From Eledone cirrhosa (lineage: Eukaryota): 64,000 nucleotides of DNA. Below are positions 1 through 12,060 of this stretch, piece by piece. Under the pieces are notes generated by a model. It was not told where the DNA came from. It worked only from the letters and a program-made list of their open reading frames with translations, and did not search any database. The first letter of the stretch is position 1. Each line of letters opens with the position of its first letter. The DNA is taken from assembly GCA_964016885.1 (NCBI GenBank), contig OZ024742.1:110546001-110610000 (forward strand), read 5' to 3'. The position numbers and the translations under genes are program-made.

Positions 1-276
1 AGTGACCGAATATTCATCCGTTTAAAGCAATATCCATGGTGTCTTCTATGCTTTATCTAAAATTGAACAATACAACAGAGAGTGAACAAATAACAACCAT
101 GTGCTATGGAAGGAGCGAGTATGACAAATGTTACATTGATGACACTTTATTGTAAAAATGTAATCAATCAAATGCGATTCTTTTGACCTTAGATGTATCC
201 GAATGGTTTTCAGTCTGTTAAGTTCATTGCTATTCATACATATCAATATATGTGTAAATATATATATATATTTATA

Positions 277-830
<554 letters not shown>

Positions 831-1099
831 GATAGATAGAGAGGGGGAGAGGTGGGGGGGGGGGGGGGAGATAGAGATAGATAGATAAATACATATAAAC
901 ACACTTACACAAACACACAATTATATATCCGTGTGATGTTGGTGGAAACGGGAATGAGTAATCAATACCGAAGAAGATTTTAATAACGTTTTTTTATTAT
1001 GACTAAGTAGTGAGCTTTGTTACTCTGGAGTTTCACCTATGAACTCCCAAGACCCTCAGACAAAACTCATGTTATTTATAATACTGGTAGCCGGGGGAA

Positions 1100-1158
1100 C
1101 TTTTTCCCTGTGAAAGTGGCTCATGACGCAAAAAAGGTTGTGAAAGCCTGATTTAGAG
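1100..1158. mobile_element. Possible hAT/Charlie-like MITE terminus
   Basis: AAAAAGGTTGTGAAAGCCTG followed by ATTTAGAG resembles Charlie-type right ends with an NTCTAGAN-like target. The other end was not found. Confidence 0.3.
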
Positions 1159-1343
1159 GTTACTGGCTACTTTGATATGGGGTCTAAATACCAGGTATTA
1201 GAATAAACGAGTTAGATTTAAAATTAGCACTAATATTGTCCCTAGCATAGTAACGGTAGATATGCCATAGAGCTGTGTTGAACAGCATACAGATTGCTTT
1301 AGTTTATTTACCAGTGATCCATAGTATATGTTTTCATATACTT

Positions 1344-1426
<83 letters not shown>

Positions 1427-1432
<6 letters not shown>

Positions 1433-1846
1433 TATGTATACGTACATACATATATGTATGCCGACATACAGTAGTATGTATATATATACATACATGCACA
1501 CATATATATATGTACGTACGGATTTACCGAACATTTATTATAATACCCGGTTTGTTTGTAAACAAACATCCCGAATTAAGCCTTACAGTGTTTAGCAATC
1601 ATCGTTGCCCTTTTGTTCAACACTGACAAAGGAACGATGTACTAGTTTCAAGCTATTAGCTATCGTCAATACCGTATACATTCCTGCCAGATGATTGAAC
1701 GTCTGAAAGTATATATATTTCCTTATGCATATTAACCGGCGCACCGAAAACGATGAATGGAAAAAAATGAAACGAAATTTCATTTCTCACTCTTAGTACG
1801 GCTGTTACTTAAATATAAGTATGGATACGTACATACATATATGTAT
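1427..1846 (-). mobile_element. Non-coding PLE/retrozyme-like element, ~387-nt circularly permuted unit, at a (TA)n tract
   Basis: 1427-1459 is repeated at 1814-1846 (period 387). 1427-1661 is an inverted near-copy of 2701-2937, and 1755-1846 is the inverse of 2905-2995. The same terminus recurs at 28412-28490. Confidence 0.65.
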
Positions 1847-2559
1847 AGCAACATATCTATATATATAATTCCCGTTCTGTGTGTGTGTGTAAAAGAGTTT
1901 CACTTGGAAAATATTCCATCGATCTCTGTCAAATTAAACACATAGCCAAAATAGGCTACCGTTTGTAACATTAAGAAAAAATTATTTCATAATGATTAAT
2001 TTCGAAGTCACAAACTTCGATTTTATAATCTTATAGACTTTTGCACTAACAAATTCCATGACGGCCATAAAGAGAGAGAGAGCGTTCCTTTTACACACTT
2101 CTTAACTCTCCCCCTTCCACAACACGACGTTATGGGATTGTATGTGTATGTGCGTGTGTATATGTGTGTGTATGTGTTTGTGTGTGTATGTGTATGTGTG
2201 CGTGCATGTGTGTGTGTGTGTGTGTAATTTCCATAACGGCCAGAGAGAGAAGGATGTGTGAGAGGGAGATAGAAAGAGAGGAGTGAGAGAGAAAGAGTAA
2301 AATAAAGAAAGAGAGGAGTGTGTGTGACGCGAATATGATAAATACAGCGTTTATAATTTTAACTTATTTATTACACTTCTTAACTCTCCCCTTCCACAAC
2401 GTCACGTCTTGGGATTGTGTGCGTATGTGTGTGTGTGTATGTGTGTGTGTTTGTGTGTATGTGTGTGTCTGTTTGTGTGTGTATGTGTTTGTGTGTGTGT
2501 GTACATGATGGATGTTTTAAAATACACATTGTTCAACCGACACGGCTAACGATTCATTT

Positions 2560-2992
2560 CTCTATGTTCACATTTTAATGACACATATCTGTAAATAAAA
2601 CTTGCTCTTTTTGAATACCGTCTCATTTTTTTTTTATTGAAAGAGTTGATCAGCCCTACCAAGAACTGACACCCTCCAATGGACGGGGGTCATTTGCTTG
2701 TAGCTAATAAGCTTGAAACTAGTACATCGTTCCTTTGTCAGTGTTGAACAAAAGGGCAACGATGGCTGCTAAACACTGTAAGGCTTAATTCGGGATGTTT
2801 GTTTACAAACAAACCGGGCATTATAATAAATGTTCGGTAAATCCGTACGTACATATATATATGTGTGCATGTATGTATATATATACATACTACTGTATGT
2901 CGGTATACATATATGTATGTACGTATACATACTTATATTTAAGTAACAGCCGACCTAAGAGTGAGAAATGAAATTGCGTTTCATTTTTTTCC

Positions 2993-2995
<3 letters not shown>
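2560..2995 (+). mobile_element. Second, opposite-orientation copy of the same family ending in (TA)n
   Basis: Reverse complement of 1427-1661 plus the tail ...GAGTGAGAAATGAAATTGCGTTTCATTTTTTTCCAT abutting (TA)n. Left boundary approximate. Confidence 0.6.
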
Positions 2996-3046
<51 letters not shown>

Positions 3047-3049
<3 letters not shown>

Positions 3050-3558
3050 TTATTCTGGGTTGAATCGGAGGTAACCACAGTAAGTAAGGTTCTCAACACA
3101 TAGCAGTTTATGTTGAACAGTATGCAGAGTATAACAGTTTTAATATAGAAGAGCTTCTACAGGACTAGAACTGTTTCATTCGTGAGAAATCATCAGGAAG
3201 CTGGCTGCCCAAATAAGTGGTAGTATTTATATCTTTCCTTTTCTGGTGGTAGGAGAGGGTGGGGGTTGGGATGGGTGTAGGTCATTGGTTGAAGGATTTA
3301 AAGAAAAGGGAGTTCATTAAAGGTAATTCTTTAAAGCTATAATATTAACAAAGGCAGAAAAAATACTGTAAACAAATTCAAAATTGGAATACCAATCCTT
3401 GTTTATCACTTAGACTAACAATGCCTGTACGACAGGTGTCTACAGGATGGGTGGGGTTCAATGGTTTAAAGAAAAGGGAAATTCTTTAGAAGCTAATTCT
3501 TTAAGGCTGAAATAAGGGTGACAAAGGCCGAAAGGGTTCCTTCAACAGATTCAAGTGT

Positions 3559-3559
<1 letters not shown>
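3047..3559 (-). mobile_element. PLE-derived 3' end with internal ~176-bp tandem repeat, in (TA)n
   Basis: Flanked by (TA)n on both sides, HHR at 3152-3202, 3268-3375 repeated at 3445-3555, and a homolog at 42521-42753. Confidence 0.7.
3152..3202 (-). ncRNA. Minimal type I hammerhead ribozyme candidate
   Basis: Minus strand AGCTTC-CTGATGA-TTTCTCACGAAT-GAAAC-AGTTCTA-GTC-CTGTA-GAAGCT: canonical cores, GUC site, stem I AGCTTC/GAAGCT. Confidence 0.65.
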
Positions 3560-3601
<42 letters not shown>

Positions 3602-3605
3602 ATAT

Positions 3606-4580
3606 GAAAATGTTCAAGATCCCGACGGCAGAGCTCAAGCCGTTTCGACGGCTATTTCTGGACTAAAGTAGAATTTTTAGCGTGGTAATAAATAGCCTAA
3701 CTTTTCAAGGGGTAATTCCTTATATGGGAAGGTTGTAGTTGTCAAAAGGATTGGTCAAAATTTCTTGTAAACACAATTAAATCCGTCACGGTGGGAGGTG
3801 GGGGTGACTGAACTTGCCTGTAGAAAAATGAGCGAGTGGTGGAGCCGGTCAAGCGTTGAAAGTGAATTCTATACACCAAATTTTAAGGAGTGTGTGTATG
3901 AAATTAGGCTAGTTAGGAAGCAGGTGAAAAAGGAATTCTGGAGGAATCTGAGAGTGGGAAGTTATAAAATTAAAAAGTTAATAAGTTGAGATTAAAAAAT
4001 AAAAAAAATAAAAATATAGTAAATAAAAGTAATAATAATATTAAACAATTAAATAAAAAAAACAAAAAAAAAACTAGAGTCTAAAGCAGCTGCTATATTT
4101 TTAGCTGGTATTGCGTTTTCGGCCAATGCTATATAGAATTTATTGGGGTGGGGGTACTGAGGCTACAAAAGCCCGATGGGCTGCCTCAGGTTAGGCGAAA
4201 GAGGAAAAAGGAAAAGGAAGAGGGGAGGGAGTGGAACGAAGTGAGAAGAAGAGATAAAGGGAAAAAAGAAAAAAGTACATCTACCTATGTATGCTGGGGT
4301 TTCCCTATCTTCTTCGGCAAGTGGGGAAAAAAGAATGTTGCAGCGAGGTAAGTCCTTCACCTCGCTCCCAAACCCCCTCATGATCCGGGTGGGTAGACAA
4401 TGGCTGCAACATACTTTTTTTTATTTAACACCTCCACTTTGTTCTTCTTATATATATAAGGAAGGAGGTGTGGTAAGGAATCAGATGGACCATAATGCAC
4501 CAGAGAACTCAATACTTAGGGTAGTAGAGTGGGTAGCAGTCGAAACGGCTTGAGCTCTGCCGTTGGGGTTAAACTTTTCA
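3606..4580 (-). mobile_element. Non-coding relative of the PLE at 6614-8395, with an inverted copy of its terminus at 4535-4580
   Basis: 3606-4355 aligns by eye with 6614-7485 (shared CCCGACGGCAGAGCTCAAGCCGTTTCGACGGCTATTTCTGG and ACATCTACCTATGT). Bounded by (TA)n. Confidence 0.75.
3619..3713 (-). ncRNA. Type I hammerhead candidate with U3-A8 core (UUGAAAA)
   Basis: Minus strand ACCCC-TTGAAAA-GTTAGGCTATTT...AAATAGCCGTC-GAAA-CGGC-ttgagctct-GCCG-TC-GGGAT. All three stems pair and there is a GUC site. Confidence 0.7.
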
Positions 4581-4593
4581 TATATATATATAT

Positions 4594-4936
4594 AAGAAGA
4601 AGAACAAAGTGGAGGTGTTACATAAGGGATTTATTGCTCAATCTTGGTTACAAATATTTCCAAAACAGCTGGTTCGTAATCCGGATTGACGCTCCTGACC
4701 AAATTTAAAACTGCCTAATACTCAGACCAGTGTGGCCACAACAAAAAACACATCAGATCTGGAGCGTCAATCTGGATTACGAGCCAGCTGTTTGGGAAAT
4801 ATTTGTAACCAAGATTGAGCAATAAATCTCTTATGTAACACCTCCACTTTCTTCTTATTTCATACACTCTGCTCTGCATCGAATGCTGACTTTGATACTC
4901 TCACCAGTTTTCTTCTGACATGCTGAACCATCTGCA
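4594..4936 (+). mobile_element. Fold-back PLE-like remnant (arms ~4597-4695 and ~4761-4857, then tail)
   Basis: About 97-bp inverted repeat with several mismatches and an HHR-shaped scaffold with degenerate core at 4767-4818. Confidence 0.65.
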
Positions 4937-4945
4937 TATATATAT

Positions 4946-5041
<96 letters not shown>

Positions 5042-5083
5042 TTGTATATGTATATTTATATATATTTGTATATGTTTATATAT

Positions 5084-5419
5084 ATATTAGAATATAAATA
5101 TTAATAAAATAGATGTTCTTTTGATCAATTACATTTTATTATACAAATTTCGGGTGTACAACAGTACGTCCTCATCAGACAAAATATAATGATACATGAC
5201 ATACCCTGAGATGTTAAATGGTTAAGATTTGTCTGATGAGGACGTACTATTGTACACCCAAAATTTGTATAATAAAATGTAATTGATCAAAAGAACATCT
5301 ATTTTATTAATATTTATATTCTAATATTAATAACTCCGGAATCTTATTTTTCGTAGAGTGCTTCCAATCTACTGTAAAACTCATTCTTTGATATACTCAT
5401 TGAATTTTGTTTAACTCTT

Positions 5420-5421
<2 letters not shown>
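5084..5421 (+). mobile_element. Fold-back PLE-like remnant with HHR motif (arms 5084-5183 and 5228-5327)
   Basis: 100-bp inverted repeat containing CTGATGAGG-ACGTAC..GTAC-ACCC-GAAA (GAAA intact in the left arm only), followed by a tail into (TA)n. Confidence 0.7.
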
Positions 5422-5500
<79 letters not shown>

Positions 5501-6207
5501 CATATTTATGTATATATAATAGGAGTGTATAAGAAAACATATACTATATGTTTATATACAATATATATATATATATATTATATATATATATATATATGTA
5601 TATATATGTATATATATATGTATATATATATGTGTATATGTATGTGTATATATATATGGGCGGGGATGTATATACAAATGAGTATATATGGCTGACCAAG
5701 CACACACGTGCTTTCCTCCTGTGAAAAGTTTTTTCTCCGTTTCCTCCTCTTTTTGTTCTCGTCTATTTTTCTATTTCTTCTTCGATCTCTCATTTCATCT
5801 TCTGAAGGAGGAATAACATCCAAAATGTTAAGTCTCCCTTCCTAGTATTTCAAGCGTATATTTATTCACCGTACCGTATCGTTCCGTTGTATCCTCGTGG
5901 AATTTTCGCATGGTATTCGTGTATATATTATATGTCTGTCTGTCTGTCTCTCTGTATGTATGTATGTATGTATGTATGTATGTATGTATGTATGTATGTA
6001 TGTATGTATTTATGTATGTATGTGTGTCTGTGTGTATATATATATATATATAGATGGATAAATAAATATATATATATATACATACATACGCACGCACACA
6101 CGCACATTCACATATATGTATATGTATGTATATATTTGTATATATATATATAAGTATATATATAAATATATATACACACACGCAGACATGCATGCACACA
6201 CGCACAT

Positions 6208-6270
<63 letters not shown>

Positions 6271-6625
6271 GATATGATATTCATGTATAGATTTATAGAT
6301 TTATAACCTGTCTTGTTGGGCTTAGAAGCTTCGATAATAATGCTGTACACATATTTTAAAGAAACATAAAATGATAATATTAATAAGGCACACTCAAATA
6401 TCCACATTATGCGATAGACAATATATTTTATCCAATACATATTAGTGTAATATATTAAATTAACAGTAATATAATAAGGTGTCTTATCGTTTTGTATACA
6501 TAATAATATATATGATGCAGGTATATTTATTGATTTGCATTGTTTTTACCATTTATGCATTCTATTTCCTTCTTGACTCTTAGCATTATTTCATATATAT
6601 ATATATATATATAGGAAAAAGTATG

Positions 6626-6722
6626 ACCCCGACGGCAGAGCTCAAGCCGTTTCGACGGCTATTTCTGGACTAAATTAGAATTTTTAGCCTGGTGAATAAA
6701 TAGCCGAACATGTCAAGGTGGT
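6626..6722 (-). ncRNA. Type I hammerhead candidate, variant core UUGACAU
   Basis: ACC-TTGACAT-GTTCGGCTATTT...AAATAGCCGTC-GAAA-CGGC...GCCG-TC-GGGGT. Homolog of 3619-3713. Confidence 0.6.
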
Positions 6723-7438
6723 ACTTCCTTATATGGGAAGATTGTAGTTGTCAAGAGGATTGGTTAAAATTTGTTGTAAACAAATAACTCTATCATGGCA
6801 TTTGGTGGGAGGTAGGGGTGGCTGAACTTGCCTGTAGATCAATAGGAGAGTGAGTGGAGTGGTCAAGCGTTGAAGGTGATATGTATACAGCAGATTCTAA
6901 GGATAAAGTATGAAGTGGAGGAGGGAGGTTATAGAATAGGTAAATCGAATGAGAGTAGGAGACAATAAAAGATAATAGAAATAAATAAAAAAATATATAA
7001 AATTAGATACTGAGAAATGAATAAAAAAAAAATAAAAAAAATCACAATGCTATCTTACAATTACAGGTTAATAAGTTGAGAATAGAAAAAAACTTGTAGA
7101 ATGAGTAGTAACAAAACTGAAACAAAATTAAAGCGGTTTTAACACATCTGCTATAAGTAGTTAGTAAAACGTAATCGGCGAATTCTATCTTAAAATTACA
7201 GGGTTGGGGAACTGATGCTACAGAGGCTCGATGGGCTGCATCGGGGTAGGCGAAAGGGGAAAAGCAGACGAGGAAGAAAATAGGTGGTGGAAGGAAGTGA
7301 TAGGATGAGACAGGGGGAAGAAGACAATGAGGAAAAGAAAAGAGATACATCTACCTATGTAAGCTGGGGTCTCCCCTAACTTATTCGGCAAGTGTGTGTG
7401 TGTGTGTGTGTGAGGGGGGGGGGGTTATCAGCCCTTGT

Positions 7439-8395
7439 CTACCCACCCGGGTCGTTATGGGGTTTGAGGGCGAGGTAAGTCCTACGCAATCTGTGTTTGC
7501 ATGCGGTTACCAGTTCGTCTTTCTTGTTTAGGAGTTGGTCCTTCGAAAACAGCATTTGTGATGTTTCCTCCGAGCATAAGTTACACGGACGGCGTCCTCC
7601 CGTGTAAGAGTTAGCTCTGGACAGTAAGCTCCAAGTAAGATTGTAGGTTATATTAGGTAGTAGGTTATCTTGGAGGTCCCAGATGTGGCCCGAAAGTGTA
7701 GTGGCATGTTGCCGGACCGGGTTTCGGAAAGTATGTCGGTATTGGTAGAGCCGAGTCTTGAAGTCACACGCAGTTAATCCTATATAAGCTTTGTTGGAGG
7801 TGTCTGTCCTCACGTTGCACTGGTATATTACGTTAAGTTCTCGGCATTTGTTGTTGAGGGGGCACGTAGATCTATCAGGGCAGTTACACCTCCTGGTCGG
7901 CTCTCCACTGATGTTTAGGTTATTTCTTCCATAGGGGTTGAGTTTTTTGTTGTTTGAGGAGACGATGTTTTGTGCGAAGTTAGGTGTGGTGCTGTAGGAG
8001 AGTTTGATGGTGTTTTTATTGATTATGTTGTGGTAGTGGTGTTGTAGTGGGAAGTGGTTTTCGAGGAGTCTAAAGAAGATTTTCCCGATAGGTGTTGCCA
8101 CCTCGGCATTATGGGGAGGATTGAACCACGTTACGTTGCGTGAGCGGCGGTAGTCGCCTGCTGGATCCGTTAGGGGAAACTGGATAAAAGGATATTTCCT
8201 CCCGGAAGCCACTCCGCTTGAGGGCCTGGTTGTAATGAGGCGCGTGTTCGTCGAATATCTGTTCATTAGCGGACAAACGAGATATGCGGAGGGAGATGTT
8301 TTTAACCAGGTTATTGGTGATGTTTCTAGGATGGTTAGAGCGGCGATGGATGTAGTGCAGGTTGTCATTTGGTTCCCTGTATAGGTAGCACAGAT
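7439..8395 (-). pseudogene. PLE RT thumb + GIY-YIG endonuclease, one frameshift near 8185
   Basis: One frame reads YREPNDNLHYIHRRSNHP...IFDEHAPHYNQALKRSGF. The second reads RNVTWFNPP...CNCPDRSTCPLNNKC..NVIYQC..AYIGLTACDFKTR...TTLSGHIW...CNLC...CKH. Confidence 0.88.
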
Positions 8396-8414
8396 CATTC
8401 CTTTGTTATATTTC

Positions 8415-8492
8415 GAATACCTGATGATGTCACCGGATTCATACTGAACCCGGTCATTGAAAGGAATTACACCAGTACAGCCTCCTGTTATT
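8415..8492 (+). ncRNA. Degenerate hammerhead at the 5' junction of the truncated PLE
   Basis: GAATAC-CTGATGA-TGTCACCGG..CCGGTCATT-GAAA-GGA...TCC-TG-TTATT. The cleavage-site nucleotide appears to be G or deleted. Confidence 0.45.
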
Positions 8493-8498
8493 TTATAA

Positions 8499-8562
<64 letters not shown>

Positions 8563-8576
8563 ATATATATATATAT

Positions 8577-8686
<110 letters not shown>

Positions 8687-9399
8687 GTGGAGAAGGAGCA
8701 CACGAGTTGGAATATATATATATATGAAAATAGGGAGAAAAAGACGATTTTAGGAAGAAAAATATTTTTTTTTCCTTTTATTTTTTCCTCTTTTTTCTGG
8801 GTTAGAAAATGTTTAAAACAAAATATTTTACTTTGTGTGAAGTGTTAAGGTATTAGTTAATTTATTTATTAATTAACAATGGCATTTATTTATTTATTTA
8901 TTTATTTATATATTTAATAATTGTCTATTATCGGTTTCAGCATTTTATGCATTATCAAAGGGGGGAATTTGTATTGGTATAAAATGTAGGAGATAATGTG
9001 ATGTTGAACATGTTAAGGAAATGGGAAAGAAAGAATAATATTATTTACAAACAAAGTATTTGAAGTAAAAAGAAAAAAGAAAAAAGGGGGTGATGTGGAA
9101 CATGATAGGGTAATGGGAAAGAAACAATAATATTATTTACAGTTATAGTTCTTGAGGATAAGCAGTTGAAAAAGTGTTATTATAGCAAGAGCGCTTGGTT
9201 TGTCCATGATGGAGGCAAATGGTAGTCTGGGGTTGGATATGACTTCGCTTTTTAGAGAGTTAAAATATATTGGTCGGGTAGGGGAGAGAGAAATGAGAGG
9301 GGGTAATTCATTTATATAAGAAAAAGGATTAGGTAGGGTGTTAGGGAGGTAACTCTTTAGCGAACATAGGAATTGTGGCTTTGATTCATTGTCGTTCCA

Positions 9400-9644
9400 G
9401 TTTTAGTTTAGTCCGAAGTTTAGTCTATTAAGTAGAAGTTGGAATTTGTTAATGAAGTACGTTTCCTTATTGGTAGGATGGATGAAAGAAGCGATGTCTA
9501 TGAATGAATTTGTAAATGGGGAAAATTTTAAAGTTTGGATATTGGTTAGGTGTACAATTGGCGATATGTTCACTAAAAGTTATCTTTCTATATTCCTGTA
9601 CGTTGATTCGTGATCTCCGGACGGTCATACGTTGTCGGAGGCTG
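9400..9644 (-). pseudogene. GIY-YIG endonuclease C-terminal fragment of a non-Hydra PLE
   Basis: SLRQRMTVRRSRINVQEYRKITFSEHIANC..FKIFPIYK, then after a frameshift KETYFINKFQLLLNR, a typical PLE endonuclease ending. Confidence 0.75.
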
Positions 9645-9709
9645 TCTTTCTTTCCCATTTCCTTAACATGTTCGACATCACATTATCTCCTACATTTTAT
9701 ACCAATACA

Positions 9710-9760
9710 AATTCTCCCCTTTGATAAAATATAAAATGCTGAAACCGGTAATAGACAATT
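9710..9760 (+). ncRNA. Minimal hammerhead candidate with U3-A8 core; mirror copy at 8919-8969 (-)
   Basis: CCCT-TTGATAA-...-GAAA-CCGG-TA-ATAG with palindromic stem III ACCGGT. The mirror arm has stem II GCAT-AAA-ATGC. Stem I is weak. Confidence 0.55.
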
Positions 9761-9938
9761 ATTATATATATAAATAAATAAATAAATAAATGCCATTGTT
9801 AATTAATAAATAAATTAACTAATACCTTAACACTTCACACAAAGTAAAATATTTTGTTTTAAACATTTTCTAACCCAGACAAAAGAGAAAAAATAAAAGG
9901 AAGAAAAAAATTTTTCTTCCTAGTAATCGTCCTTTTCT

Positions 9939-9985
<47 letters not shown>

Positions 9986-10419
9986 AATATCTTCAATGAA
10001 TCTTAGTATTTGACTAAGGCAGATATTAATTATTGTCTTAGCTGTTGAGTCAGTTTTATTGTTTGTTTGCTTATGATCTCGAGAGAATGACCACCAGCAT
10101 TAAGTGAATAGAAGTAAATTTAGATTCAAAGTAAATTGAGAACGAGAGTGATGGTGGTGGTGGTAAAAGTGATGATTGCTTGCGACAGTATGGACTCCTC
10201 TAAAAGCAGCAGACGACCACGTAGGGATGGTGCTAAATCAGAACAAGGCTTAAGTACACCATCTAAGAACACGGACAGTCTCTCTGAAAGGCTTTCATAA
10301 AGATTCCGACTATCAATTTTATTGAAAAGCATTACATAAAATGTTTCTCTTCTTAATGGCAATTAATTTCAATTTTGAAAGACACGAGCGAGTATTTAAG
10401 AAGTTTCCTTCACAGTCCT

Positions 10420-10710
10420 CAGTCCCAGGTTCGATGTCAGTGTGCAATCTTGGGCAAATGTCTTTTACTGTAGCCTCGGGTAAATCTAATTCTTGCTAGT
10501 AAAACTGAGTAAACGGTATCTGTGCAAAATGTTTGTGATGAACCATACTTGCAATTTAAACGTGCAAACTTGTATCATAACGTCGTACTGTTCCTACCAG
10601 AGAAGACCGTTTAAGGGTACACTTACCTGTAGAATAAATACTGAACAACTTTACACATTACTGATATGTATAGTCAGTGCAGTTGATTTCGACGACAGAG
10701 TCGATTATAA
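10420..10710 (+). mobile_element. Degenerate tRNA-derived SINE
   Basis: B-box-like GGTTCGAT followed by CORE-like TTGGGCAAATGTCTTTTACTGTAGCCTCGGG. Confidence 0.45.
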
Positions 10711-11209
10711 TATTTGCAGGACAATGTACACATTGTCTCTAACTCACGCCTATATAAATGTGTGTATGCGAATGTGTCTACATACACGTTTGTTAACAAT
10801 GGAATCGTTGGGAGCATATTTCAAAATATACGGCTGGTCGTACCGATAGGTATTTTATTTTATAAACTTTGAAGCAATAAATGTCGGCTATATTACAGAA
10901 AATATATTACTTTCGATAATGGTAAGATTTTGTTATTGCACAAATGATAATCCTCGCTGGAACTTTTAATAGCTTCTCTTTTTTTAATACAGCAGCAGTA
11001 ACAGGCAAAAGACTGTAGCAATAAACATGAGAAAAAGCAACAGAAACTGCTCAATTTCAGTTAGAGTCTCGTTCAGTCATTTTATTTCAGAAACATTAAA
11101 AAAGAAAAAAACAACAGAAGATAACGTGAGCTGTAATCAGTCTGTCTGACGATTAATATCTGTTTACTATATCAGTAATTTAATTCGTTCTTCTCTTCTT
11201 ATTAATGTC

Positions 11210-11257
<48 letters not shown>

Positions 11258-11689
11258 CTACTGCTTTTCGTTAAATGATGTCTATAATAATGGAAAGGTT
11301 AGCTGTCCTTGGACAGTAAAAGACATTTGCCCAACATACATTTCTGCCTGATATTTCATGAATCTTAGGTCAATTACGAATGACTTCGGTGCATTTCAAT
11401 TACGATGCTCTAAAAGAAATTCCATTTAACTACTAAGGCATTGACATTTACTGAATAAATTTTAGGTAACCCCGTACGGATTTAAGTCACAAGTTAAAAG
11501 TAAAGAAACATTTTATATATTTTTTAGTGTCAGATCTAATTGAATTAACGTATGGTACACCTTTAAAACTGAACAGCACCGTTTCATTATTAAGGTAATA
11601 AATCTATATTAAAATATCAACAACATGAATTTGTTTGTCAGAAAAATAAATTCAAAACTGTAATACGTTTATATTTATTGTTTTCACCT

Positions 11690-12060
11690 GAAAGAAAAAT
11701 GATCGTGGCTATTACCTTCGTACCTTTAAACAAATTTGATAAATGTTCGAATACTCTGGCGACAGAGGTGCCAAAAATGCTTCGAACTTTACTCATTAAA
11801 ACACGAGAAAATTAGATATGAGGTGTGCTATATATTTCCCGATATTTTAACAGGGAAGTCAGAACAAATGATCATTCGGAGAAACCAAAATTGTCGATTA
11901 CAAAAGTAACCTAATATGCTATATGGAAATTATTGGAAAGGCTGTGTGAATTACAGAAAGGTAGAGGTGAACGTTTACTAGTTGGGCCTGAAGCATCGTA
12001 GAAATTAAAAAGGCATAAAGGTGCAGGTGTAAAATTTGAAAACGTCCTTACTTTAGGAAA
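11690..12060 (+). pseudogene. MULE-like transposase C-terminal relic
   Basis: By-eye translation with stops and frameshifts: MIVAITFVPLNKFD..LATEVPKMLRTLL, RTNDHSE, AIWKLLERLCELQKGR. These resemble MULE ALAFVP / RTNNxxE / PxIWKF motifs. Confidence 0.6.

Larger units (their letters stand above)
6614..8395 (-). mobile_element. 5'-truncated Penelope-like retroelement, Hydra-clade-like
   Basis: RT thumb plus C-terminal GIY-YIG coding region, long 3' UTR, terminal HHR, 3' end at (TA)n. Confidence 0.85.
8725..9944 (-). mobile_element. 5'-truncated PLE with inverted copy of its 3' end (arms 8730-9034 and 9645-9944)
   Basis: About 300-bp inverted repeat in (TA)n, internal GIY-YIG C-terminal remnant, HHR motif in both arms. 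Confidence 0.82.

Noticed and set aside
4140-4210. HDV-like ribozyme (hairpin followed by GGCGAAAG)
   Set aside because: No upstream P1/P2/P3 or L3 elements could be found.
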